Origin: Macrostomum hystrix
Lineage: Eukaryota > Animalia > Platyhelminthes
Reading direction: 5' to 3'
DNA: 64,000 nucleotides
NCBI GenBank assembly: GCA_950097015.1
Contig: CATNEN010000011.1
Span: 2,418,001-2,482,000 of the forward strand
Part shown: in pieces, positions 11,501 to 21,840 of the stretch
Layout: every line of letters starts with the position of its first letter
Numbering within the stretch: the first letter of the stretch is position 1
Notes under the pieces: generated by a model
What the model was told of the DNA's origin: nothing
Databases searched by the model: none
What the model saw: the letters and a program-made list of their open reading frames with translations, nothing else
Translations under genes and position numbers: made by a program

Positions 11501-12041
11501 CCAGGGTGTATGTGCCAGTGCAGGTTTGTACAATATATTAATTTTGACAGACTAAACTATTACTTTGCACCGATTTTTCCTAACGCTCCTAACCCGTGGG
11601 CTGGGACGACCGCTGCACCCACTCAATTTTCTAACTTACCTTCATGCTGGTAGACTATCAATTAGAAGTCCAAGGCTAAAACCTGTTGGGTTGCAACCTA
11701 TGTTGGAGCAATGATTTTGAACCCTTTAATTACAATTTTAGATCACAGTCAGTGCTGAAAAATGGGAGGCAACGAACAAAATCGACCTCCTACTTCACCG
11801 GTCCACATGCGGTGGCCGGCCTGTCATCTGCGACGCCGTGTCGATGAGCTGCCGCATCGGATTCGCCGCTGCAGGTGGACCGCAGACTTTGGATCCGTCA
11901 GTGGAAATTCAAATCTGCCTTTTCTCTGATGGCAAAGCGAGCAGGTCGGGACCTGACTCGACCGCTTCGTCGCTATCGGTCAGCAAGGCGGTTTTGGCAA
12001 TGTCCTGGCTGCTTAGCATTAAACTGCTGCTGCAAATTTGA
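8518..12041 (+). CDS. Secreted/GPI-anchored EGF + D8C-like + VWD/C8-like + EGF surface protein (VWDE-like); join(8518..11523, 11742..12041) with one in-frame TGA at 9145-9147
   Basis: Signal peptide, then EGF (CQNGG...CFC...YHGALC) and a UMOD/OIT3-type Cys module (GWYR...CGSYNP). ORFs 8518 and 9208 share one frame (offset 690). Second EGF CPTNCSDRGVC...CSCDEGFFGASC. Phase-0 intron CAG|GTTTGT...TTTTAG|ATC. Hydrophobic C-terminal tail. AATAAA at 12162 and 12174. Could be a recent pseudogene. Confidence 0.75.
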
Positions 12042-13261
12042 CTAACTCTGCAATCAGGCAGAGCCGCTGCGAGCCATTGCTGGAAAGTTTAGTTCTAGGC
12101 AATGACCTCCGTTCAATGGCCGGACATTATTTTTAATCAAAATTTTTTAGTAGTAAATTTTAATAAAACAACAAATAAAACTGATGAGAACGAGAAAACT
12201 TGATTCATTCGCATCAGCCACGACTCGTGACTCATAAGGAGATCAATCAGATTTAATTATCTAGTTGAACGTCTTAACCATGAAAGGTGCAGTTTTGAAA
12301 GGCAATCTTTTGGCCCCGACCCTGATTTTTTAACTTTGCCCAGACTTATGAAGCTTCTCTTGCTGATCTCCAATTTTTTAAAACGTTTAATTTAATGATT
12401 TTATCGACTACTGAAGTACCATTTTGATTAGAGTATAAACATTTTCTTCTATTCTCGATCATGATTTGTATTCTTCCAGCAGTTTGAGTATAAATAAAAA
12501 AATCAACGAAATTAATACCAACAAAATAAATTCGCGATAATGTCTTTTGTTCTCGTTTGAATAAATCAAAGCCTATTTTCTTCGAACAATGCGACAGACT
12601 GCGATAGTCGTAAGGACTGTACATAATGGCGAGCATTTACTCGTAAAATCAATATTAGTCAACAAACAGACCAAGAACTTGTTTATAAAATGAGGCTTGC
12701 ATCCGCAGAAAATATTTAAGTTTTAGACTCTGTGGACAAGCTACAAGGCTGCCCGTTGCAAGCAGAATTAAAAGTACAAAATAAATGTTTCGAGTATAAT
12801 GTCTGGCAATTAGTGACGTGACGCGATAAGACTTTTCCAAGAAACGCATCGTACTTTTATCCGCCAAGAAGTCCGAAAAGTTTATAATTGTTGTTTGTTT
12901 AGCGAAAAAGATTAGACTGGCGCCTAGCAACGCACTTTCGCAGTAACGAAGTTTTTTTGTTTATTTAAGGTGGATATGTGTATTTGCAGAATTCTTTTAA
13001 CGTCACTGCGCGTGAACCTAAAAATGTGGCTATTAACAAATTAGCGGTATGCTATATAATATAAGTGATTTCTGTAAAAATCTTAATATGATCTGCAAAT
13101 ATGCCATTTTGTTTTACTTATACAAAGACAATATGGAAATCTCATCAAAGTGAGTTGCTGTGCGGATTATAAAGTAGCAAGGTAAAAGTATAATGAAGAT
13201 TATTACCGGAAATTTTGAATTTTGAAAATAAAATAATTTTAGGACAACCCAGGGACAACTA

Positions 13262-13601
13262 CGAGGGTCACTCAGAAAGTCTTTAGCCTGAGTATGATCC
13301 ACGAGACGCAGAAGCATGAAATTTGTCTATGGTAAAGACCACTAAGTGCCACTAATTCCCGAAGTGTAAGGAGATATTAAAGGGCCAGATTTTTTCTTCA
13401 CCGGAAGAAGCTGTGAATGAGTTCAAAGACGTCATCGGGGAGCTCCGGGATGAGGATTGGCGGCAGTGCTTCGACAGCTGGTTCCACAGGATGCAAGCCT
13501 GTATCAATGCGGGGGGAGAGTACTTTGAGCAGTTGTAATGGTTTTTAGTTCATATGTTGCTGTTTTCTTGTTCAGGCTAAAGACTTTCTGAGTGACCCTC
13601 G
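13262..13601 (+). mobile_element. Internally deleted mariner element
   Basis: Perfect 30-bp TIR CGAGGGTCACTCAGAAAGTCTTTAGCCTGA with TA on both sides. Retains the transposase C-terminus FPKCKEILKGQIFSSPEEAV...WFHRMQACINAGGEYFEQL*. Confidence 0.93.
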
Positions 13602-14090
13602 TAAAACCCTCAGGACGCGAAACGAGCCAATTCATGGCAAAAATCTGAGGGGCTCGCTTAAAAGTATTGTTCTATGGCTTTTTCGAGTCTTTTTCAGCAT
13701 GGACAATGTGTCCCGTCGGCTAGCCAATGTTTTTTTCAAAGGACTAGTAAGACGCTCGTCAAAACTCCCACCAATACCGACGACATCCCATGATAGATAG
13801 CTTCGGAAGTTAGATGCTCAGTAGGTGAAGTTCCAGCGTTTCCATTATGTACGAGCTGCTGACTGTTTGTGTCGTCTTGTTCTTGGAGTTCCGTATTTGC
13901 TTCTATTTTCTTGCCGTTGGAGTTTCATCTTCGCTTTCATCTTTTATCTTCTTGCCGTTGGCGTTTTTTGTTGATATGGCCGGTTACTTTATTATAAATA
14001 CATTGTAATTATATCACTGGTTCCTATTCTTTAAATTAAATACTCGACATTGCCTCGCTTTACTATTTAATCTAATCGTTAATAGTATAT

Positions 14091-14185
14091 TATTACCCAG
14101 GCTTTCAGGGCGATAATGGGAAAGCCAGAGGGCGCCGAAGGCGCCCGAGGGATTTCTCATTATCGCCCGCAAAGCCTGGGTAATA
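14091..14185. repeat. 95-bp foldback palindrome capped by a C-GAA-G triloop
   Basis: Arms: TATTACCCAGGCTTT/AAAGCCTGGGTAATA (15 bp), GGGCGATAATG/CATTATCGCCC (11 bp) and GGGCGCC-GAA-GGCGCCC. Confidence 0.9.
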
Positions 14186-14659
14186 CTGTGATTGTACCAT
14201 AGACTATGTGGCTTATAGTATGTGGCTATACGTTAAAATACACAAAAATAATCCATTATCGGCCCAACTTTTCGGGCCAAAATGACATCGTCTATGGCAA
14301 TAATCGAATATCAGCCCGCCCCATAGCCACGTAGTCATGGTACAATGCCTGATAGCTGAGAAGACTCGAAAAAGCCATAGAACAATACTTTTGAGCGAGC
14401 CCCTCAGATTTTTTGCCATGAATTGGCTCGTTTCGCGTCCCGAGGGTTTTAGTTGTCCCTCGGACAACTTTAAAATAAATTGTTTTGTTCCCATTTTTTA
14501 AACAGCTTATATGCAGTAACTACTGTTGTAAGTAGGCTGCTGTGCTCGATGGAACTGGAAAAAAAGTTCTACAGCATTTGCAAAAATTTGGTGCATGAAA
14601 TCTTACTTACTCTCAGCACTTCATCTCCCATCCCTTTAACCTCGTCTCCCATACCTCAA

Positions 14660-17600
14660 TCATCTGTTTCCAGAACTATATTTTGCAGCATGCTGCCCGT
14701 GCTTCAGCTTAATTGCCGCCGAAGCAGCCGCTGCTACAATGGATTTGCCTTGACCTTGAAGTCTCTTCTTTGCGTTATTAGACTCTGTTGCTAGGTTGCC
14801 ATGGGAACTGTCAATGGCAGCCGGCGGCGGAGGTACAATGTACACCCGTATTGGCAAGAAGTTTTCCGTGAATTTGTAGCGCCTAATCTCCGATTGGTTC
14901 CGTCTGGCAGCTTCGCGAGTCTCCAGCAGCCGAGGCTCCGAGTAGCGAGTCGATGGAGCTCTGTTGGCTGCACCAGCTGCTTCCTGTAATGCGGGTGGTG
15001 CACTGGTTTTTACGAGCGTACAGCAGCGAGAGGCGTCTAAATCTGTGGGTTGGTTGTGACTGGATTCATCTATCTGATCTTTGAGTAGGTTGTGACTGGA
15101 CTCATCTAGGCCTTTGAGTAGGTTGTGACTGGATTCATCTAGACCTTTGAGTAGGTTGTGACTGGATTCATCTAGACCTTTGAGTAGGTTGTGACTAGAT
15201 TCATCTAGACCTTTGAGTAGGTTGTGACTAGATTCATCTAGACCTTTGAGTAGGTTGTGACTGGATTCATCTAGACCTTTGAGTAGGTTGTGACTGGATT
15301 CATCTAGATCGTTGAGTAGGTTGTGACTGGACTCATCTAGATCTTTGAGTAGGTTGTGACTGGACTCATCTAGATCTTTGAGTAGTTTGTGACTGGATTC
15401 ATCTAGATCTTTGAGTAGGTTGTGACTGGATTCATCTAGATCTTTGAGTAGGTTGTGACTGGATTCATCTAGATCTTTGAGTAGGTTGTGACTGGATTCA
15501 GCTAGATCTTTGAGTAGGTTGTGACTGGATTCATCTAGACCTTTGAGTAGGTGGTGACTAGATTCATCTAGATCTTTGAGTAGGTTATGACTGGACTCAT
15601 CTAGATCTTTGAGTAGGTTGTGACTGGATTCATCTAGATCTTTGAGTAGGTTGTGACTGGATTCATCTAGATCTTTGAGTAGGTTATGACTGGATTCAGC
15701 TAGATCTTTGAGTAGGTGGTGACTGGACTCATCTAGATCTTTGAGTAGGTTGTGACTGGACTCATCTAGATCTATGAGTAGGTTATGACTGGACTCATCT
15801 AGATCTATGAGTAGGTTATGACTGGATTCAGCTAGATCTTTGAGTAGGTTGTGACTTGATTCATCTAGATCTTTGAGTAGGTTGTGACTGGACTCATCTA
15901 GATCTATGAGTAGGTTATGACTGGACTCATCTAGATCTATGAGTAGGTTATGACTGGATTCAGCTAGATCTTTGAGTAGGTTGTGACTTGATTCATCTAG
16001 ATCTTTGAGTAGGTTGTGACTGGATTCATCTAGATCTTTGAGTAGGTTGTGACTGGACTCATCTAGATCTATGAGTAGGTTGTGACTGGACTCATCTAGA
16101 TCTATGAGTAGGTTATGACTGGATTCAGCTAGATCTTTGAGTAGGTTGTGACTTGATTCATCTAGATCTTTGAGTAGGTTGTGACTGGACTCATCTAGAT
16201 CTTTGAGTAGGTTATGACTGGACTCATCTAGATCTATGAGTAGGTTATGACTGGATTCAGCTAGATCTATGAGTAGGTTATGACTGGATTCAGCTAGATC
16301 TTTGAGTAGGTTGTGACTGGATTCATCTAGATCTTTGAGTAGGTTGTGACTGGACTCATCTAGATCTTTGAGTAGGTTATGACTGGACTCATCTAGATCT
16401 ATGAGTAGGTTGTGACTGGACTCATCTAGATCTTTGAGTAGGTTATGACTGGATTCAGCTAGATCTTTGAGTAGGTTGTGACTGGATTCATCTAGATCTT
16501 TGAGTAGGTTGTGACTGGACTCATCTAGATCTTTGAGTAGGTTATGACTGGACTCATCTAGATCTATGAGTAGGTTATGACTGGGTTCAGCTAGATCTTT
16601 GAGTAGGTTGTGACTGGATTCATCTAGATCTATGAGTAGGTTATGACTGGATTCAGCTAGATCTTTGAGTAGGTTATGACTGGATTCATCTAGATCTATG
16701 AGTAGGTTATGACTGGATTCATCTAGATCTTTGAGTAGGTTATGACTGGACTCATCTAGATCTATGAGTAGGTTATGACTGGATTCATCTAGATCGTTGA
16801 GTAGGTTATGACTGGATTCATCTAGATCTATGAGTAGGTTATGACTGGATTCATCTAGATCTTTGAGTAGGTTATGACTGGACTCATCTAGATCTATGAG
16901 TAGGTTATGACTGGATTCAGCTAGATCTATGAGTAGGTTGTGACTGGATTCAGCTAGATCTATGAGTAGGTTGTGACTAGATTCATCTAGATCTTTGAGT
17001 AGGTTATGACTGGATTCAGCTAGATCTTTGAGTAGGTTATGACTGGATTCATCTAGACCTTTGAGTAGGTTGTGACTGGATTCAGCTAGATCTTTGAGTA
17101 GGTTGTGACTGGATTCAGCTAGATCTTTGAGTAGGTTGTGACTGGATTCATCTAGATCTTTGAGTAGGTTGTGACTGGATTCATCTAGATCTTTGAGTAG
17201 GTTGTGACTGGATTCAGCTAGATCTTTGAGTAGGTTATGACTGGATTCAGCTAGATCTTTGAGTAGGTTGTGACTTGATTCATCTAGATCTTTGAGTAGG
17301 TTATGACTGGATTCATCTAGACCTTTGAGTAGGTTGTGACTGGATTCAGCTAGATCTTTGAGTAGGTTATGACTGGATTCATCTAGACCTTTGAGTAGGT
17401 TGTGACTGGATTCAGCTAGATCTTTGAGTAGGTTATGACTGGATTCATCTAGATCTTTGAGTAGGTTGTGACTGGACTCATCTAGATCTTTGAGTAGGTT
17501 ATGACTGGATTCATCTAGATCTATGAGTAGGTTATGACTGGATTCAGCTAGATCTTTGAGTAGGTTGTGACTAGATTCAGCTAGATCTTTAAGTAGATTG

Positions 17601-18018
17601 CAACTCGACTTACCTTCAAAGCTAGCTGCTGCTGCTGTTGCTGCAATCTCAAAGACTTCTTTGTCGCCCTAACAGCTAACAATGGTGGCTTTGCGCCAAT
17701 GGCTCGAACAGTTGGCCTGCTTTGAAGATGATTATTCAGCGGCATTGGGGTGTCTGTGAATCTACTTGTTCTGTGACTGTCGAGGACTATTCTATAGTCG
17801 TATGTGATCGGAGCAGGCGACAGGGGCGGCCTTCGAATTCCGCGCTGTTGAAATCTGCCAGGTGCACTGAAGCTACGACGATGGTCCAAGGGCGGCGGTT
17901 GGGCTCCTTTGTTGACTTTCTTCGTCACAGGCGAAGATTCAGCATCGATGACTGCGACTGAATTGTGCCAGCTCCTTAGTGGATGGGGCTGACTTGGCTG
18001 CTTCCAATGGGCTGTCAT
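14660..18018 (-). CDS. Tentative low-complexity protein of unknown function; join(complement 18018..17614, ~14983..14660), ~242 aa; 5' UTR exons likely near 19344-19610
   Basis: GC-rich open frames flank the 33-bp array. Strong donor AAG|GTAAGT at 17613, acceptor TTTATTTGACAG at 18026, further donors at 19343 and 19414. The downstream acceptor is ambiguous, and only the CAG at 14984 keeps phase 0 with the long frame. Confidence 0.45.
15052..17592. repeat. Minisatellite, 33-bp unit GGTTGTGACTGGATTCATCTAGATCTTTGAGTA
   Basis: About 77 copies with a few biallelic positions, lying between two putative exons. Confidence 0.98.
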
Positions 18019-18057
18019 TATGCGCCTGTCAAATAAAGGAATTAGGACACTTCTGAG

Positions 18058-19290
18058 CCTTCAGGAACTCTCCCTACCCATTTCCTCTGATTGTTCAGGA
18101 ACTCTCCCTACCCAATTCCTCTGATTATTCAGGAACTCTCCCTACCCATTTCCTCTGATTGTTCAGGAACTCTCCCTACCTAATTCCTCCGATTATTCAG
18201 GAACTCTCCCTACCCATTTCCTCTGATTGTTCAGGAACTCTCCCTACCCAATTCCTCCGATTGTTCAGGAACTCTCCCTACCCATTTCCTCTGATTGTTC
18301 AGGAACTCTCCCTACCCAATTCCTCTGATTGTTCAGGAATTCTCCCTACCCATTTCCTCTGATTGTTCAGGAACTCTCCCTACCCAATTCCTCCGATTGT
18401 TCAGGAACTCTCCCTACCCATTTCCTCTGATTGTTCAGGAACTCTCCCTACCCAATTCCTCCGATTATTCAGGAACTCTCCCTACCCAATTCCTCTGATT
18501 GTTCAGGAACTCTCCCTACCCATTTCCTCTGATTGTTCAGGAACTCTCCCTACCCAATTCCTCCGATTGTTCAGGAACTCTCCCTACCCATTTCCTCTGA
18601 TTGTTCAGGAACTCTCCCTACCCATTTCCTCTGATTGTTCAGGAACTCTCCCTACCCAATTCCTCCGATTATTCAGGAACTCTCCCTACCCAATTCCTCC
18701 GGTTGTTCAGGAACTCTCCCTACCTATTTCCTCCGATTATTCAGGAACTCTCCCTACCCATTTCCTCTGATTGTTCAGGAACTCTCCCTACCCATTTCCT
18801 CTGATTGTTCAGGAACTCTCCCTACCCAATTCCTCCGATTATTCAGGAACTCTCCCTACCCATTTCCTCCGGTTGTTCAGGAACTCTCCCTACCCATTTC
18901 CTCCGATTGTTCAGGGTCTCTCCCTACCCATTTCCTCCGATTATTCAGGAACTCTCCCTACCCATTTCCTCCGATTATTCAGGAACTCTCCCTACCCATT
19001 TCCTCTGATTATTCAGGAACTCTCCCACCCCATTTCCTCTGATGGTTCAGGGACTCTCCCTACCCATTTCCTCTGATTGTTCAGCGTCTCTCCCTAACCA
19101 ATTCCTCTGGTTGTTCAGCGTCTCTCCCTAACCAATTCCTCTGGTTGTTCAGGGTCTCTCCCTAACCAATTCCTCTGGTTGTTCAGGACTCTCCCTACCC
19201 ATTTCCTCTGATTATTCAGGAACTCTCCCACCCCATTTCCTCTGATGGTTCAGGGACTCTCCCACCCCATTTCCTCTGATTGTTCAGGGC
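18058..19290. repeat. Minisatellite, 34-bp unit TTCAGGAACTCTCCCTACCCATTTCCTCTGATTG
   Basis: About 36 copies, explaining the ORFs at 18159-19076. Confidence 0.97.
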
Positions 19291-19603
19291 TTTCACAGCT
19301 AATGTAGGTTTCCTCTTAACCTGACGTTAGTACTCGTGCTTACCTTATTTAACAGCCAACAGGACGGCAGTAGAAAATACGACGTTTTAGACAATCGAAC
19401 CAGAGCTATCTTACCTGTTCTAGCAGTATATCAATTCAATCGCTGAGGCCCAAGCTATGCAGACAATGAGACCCAATCAGAACTGTACAGCACACTGCCT
19501 CTAGTGAAAGAATTCGCTTTTTTGAAGCTAGAAAATTTAAGGCAATTTTGTAAGCATCTATCCACCCCAGCACTGGCTCTCACCTTTGTGCACAGACGCA
19601 ACC

Positions 19604-19617
19604 GTTGCCATAGAAAC
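19604..19617. promoter_or_regulatory. RFX X-box motif GTTGCCATAGAAAC
   Basis: Matches RYYNYY-WW-RRNRAC and sits just 5' of the putative minus-strand gene. Confidence 0.55.
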
Positions 19618-19857
19618 ATTAGCTTTGCATTGTATTTTATGTGTTTCGCTTTCTTTTTTATTTAAACAACATGGAATTCAATTCACAACTCTTTCTTATT
19701 CGTAATTCGTATGCGCCCGTACGAATAAAGATTAATTATATGACTAGATTTTACGAGACCACACAAGAAGCACAGATTGGGCTTGAATTTAATTGACACT
19801 TGAGCAGCATTCTATAATATACGAATTTGTTTGAGCCTTCACTTTCACTGTAATATG

Positions 19858-20285
19858 AGGTTGTCAGGTGAGATGTGTGTCAGGTGAGAGGTGTGTCAGG
19901 TGAGAGGGTGTCAGGTGAGAGGGTGTCAGGTGAGAGGTGTGTCAGGTGAGAGGTGTGTCAGGTGAGAGGGTGTGTCTGGTGAGAGGTTTGTCAGATAAGA
20001 GGGTGTGTCAGGTGAGAGTGTGTCAGTTGAGAAGTGTGTTCGGTGAGAGGGGTCTTATCAGGTGAGAGTGTGTATCTGGTGAGAGGTGTGTCAGGTGAGA
20101 GCTATAGGTTTGTCGGGTTAGAGGGTGTGTGAGGTAAGAGCGTATCAGTTGAGAGGTTTGTCAGGTTGAGAGTGTGTCAGGTGAGAATGTGTCAGTTGAG
20201 AGGTGTGTCAGGTGATAGGGTGTGTAAGGTGAAAGTGCGTCAGGTGAGAGGTGTATCTGGTAAGAGCTGGGTGTGTCAGGTAAAC
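19858..20285. repeat. Degenerate ~17-bp repeat GTGTGTCAGGTGAGAG
   Basis: Eroded tandem copies with a CAGGTGAG core. Confidence 0.85.
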
Positions 20286-20779
20286 GGTGTACTGATTGCA
20301 TGGTTAGGGTTGCTTAATAATAAGAGAATTAGATTCCTTAGCAAATAGAAAATCACTGTGCAAGCCGCTAATACATATTTCTCATAGTCTAGTACGGTTT
20401 ATAATTTTGTATCGGTTCGTAAAGTCGTAAAGATGTAAGGCTGTATGTTAACTTAGCCATTTTACTTTTGCCTTCAATTCTAAACAAACCAAATACGTAA
20501 CTAATTATCGTAAATAATATATGATCTGCTCTATAGAACTTCTTTTTGTTGACTGCGTTGTCGTGATCACAAATATTTTTAATTGTTTTTAAAGCCTTAC
20601 GAAGAAAATTACTTTTACAAAAGTAGACGATTAACAAGAGAGATTTTAGTAAATCCGTGGCGTACATCAATTGACAGCAGTAAGCACAAAATGCTGCAAA
20701 CCATATGTACTGTAAATATTAGCTACAAAATGAAAGTAAAGGGCTTCCAATAATAGTCCAATAATCACTTCACTGAACT

Positions 20780-20985
20780 GTTGTTTTTTTATACTAAATT
20801 TGACATAAATTTGTATTAATAAATAATTTATTAATAATTACTAATTTCAATTAATAATTAATAATTGATAATTAATAATTACAATCAATTAAAAATAATT
20901 GATAACTAATAATAACAATAACTAACTAATAACTAAGCTCACATAAATAAATAAATAATTAAAAAATTAAAAAATTAATTACAAA
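20780..20985. other. Very AT-rich low-complexity tract between divergent genes
   Basis: Runs of AAT/TAA with very few G/C. Confidence 0.7.
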
Positions 20986-21840
20986 TTACGTCGACAAAAG
21001 ATCAACTTAAGCACACGAAACTTGCAGAGACAAAAAATAATTGAGCTTAAGTTGCCCAAGCTAATTAATTTTCGCATTTGAAAATCAAAATCGCATATTG
21101 CATAAAAGGTATAGCCAAAATACTTGTTTTGTTTAACTATATAAAAGCAAATTCGTTTCAATTTAAATTTGCAGCGCACGCATATCGTGCCTTAAGTTCT
21201 CGTGTAGGCGCACGCGTAGCTAGAACCCAACATCCCAATCAAATGAATCGACGGTATTTCCTTAGTGTCACTTACAAACAATATATATATTATTTTTTAA
21301 TGGTCTTAAACTTGACAATCGCTCTTTATTGCTGGAAACAGTGTTTGTCTTTGGTATTTTCTTATATTAAAAAAGGAATGCTCTAATTAGTATTCTTGAT
21401 ATGTTTCTTAGACGTTCATTTATTCAGTTCTTGCCGTTTCAATATATTGCACCAAATTTTTTTTCACTTGACACCAAAGCTTTTGTAAAAATTACCATGT
21501 ACCTCGCAATTTCAGACTAAGCTTTCTGAATTTTATTATTTGTATATATTAATTTATTAACAATATATTAATAAGTAATAATATATTAATGTTTTATTTG
21601 CTGAATTTGTAAGTAGTCTAAGACTGTGATAAGTCCACATGTTTTATTTGCATATTTTAAAGTCCAAAACTTCTAATTACATTAGAGTCAATGAAAGTCA
21701 GCAACAGCTTGTTTCCTGAACAGTTTTATCAGAACTTTAATTATTTTTTCAGTTTAAATTTCTGTGGCTACAAGCCTAATTGCTTCAGAAGCTAAAGCTT
21801 CCTAAATTTTGGCCCTCATTGCCCTTAAAACTGGTCCAAA

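Larger units (their letters stand above)
13250..14460. mobile_element. Non-autonomous DNA element with ~110-bp terminal inverted repeats
   Basis: 13250-13261 plus 13604-13692 is the reverse complement of ~14361-14460 (AGGGACAACTAAAACCCTC.GGACGCGAAACGAGCCAATTCATGGCAAAAA...GGCTTTTTCGAGTCTT). The left arm is split by the mariner. Confidence 0.75.

Noticed and set aside
12042-12180. SECIS element that would make TGA 9145 a selenocysteine
   Set aside because: The only ATGA…AA…GA arrangement has helix and spacing far too short for a SECIS.
12346-13100. AT-rich short ORFs (also 20389-21386)
   Set aside because: No recognisable motifs, splice context or codon signal; likely non-coding or decayed transposon DNA.
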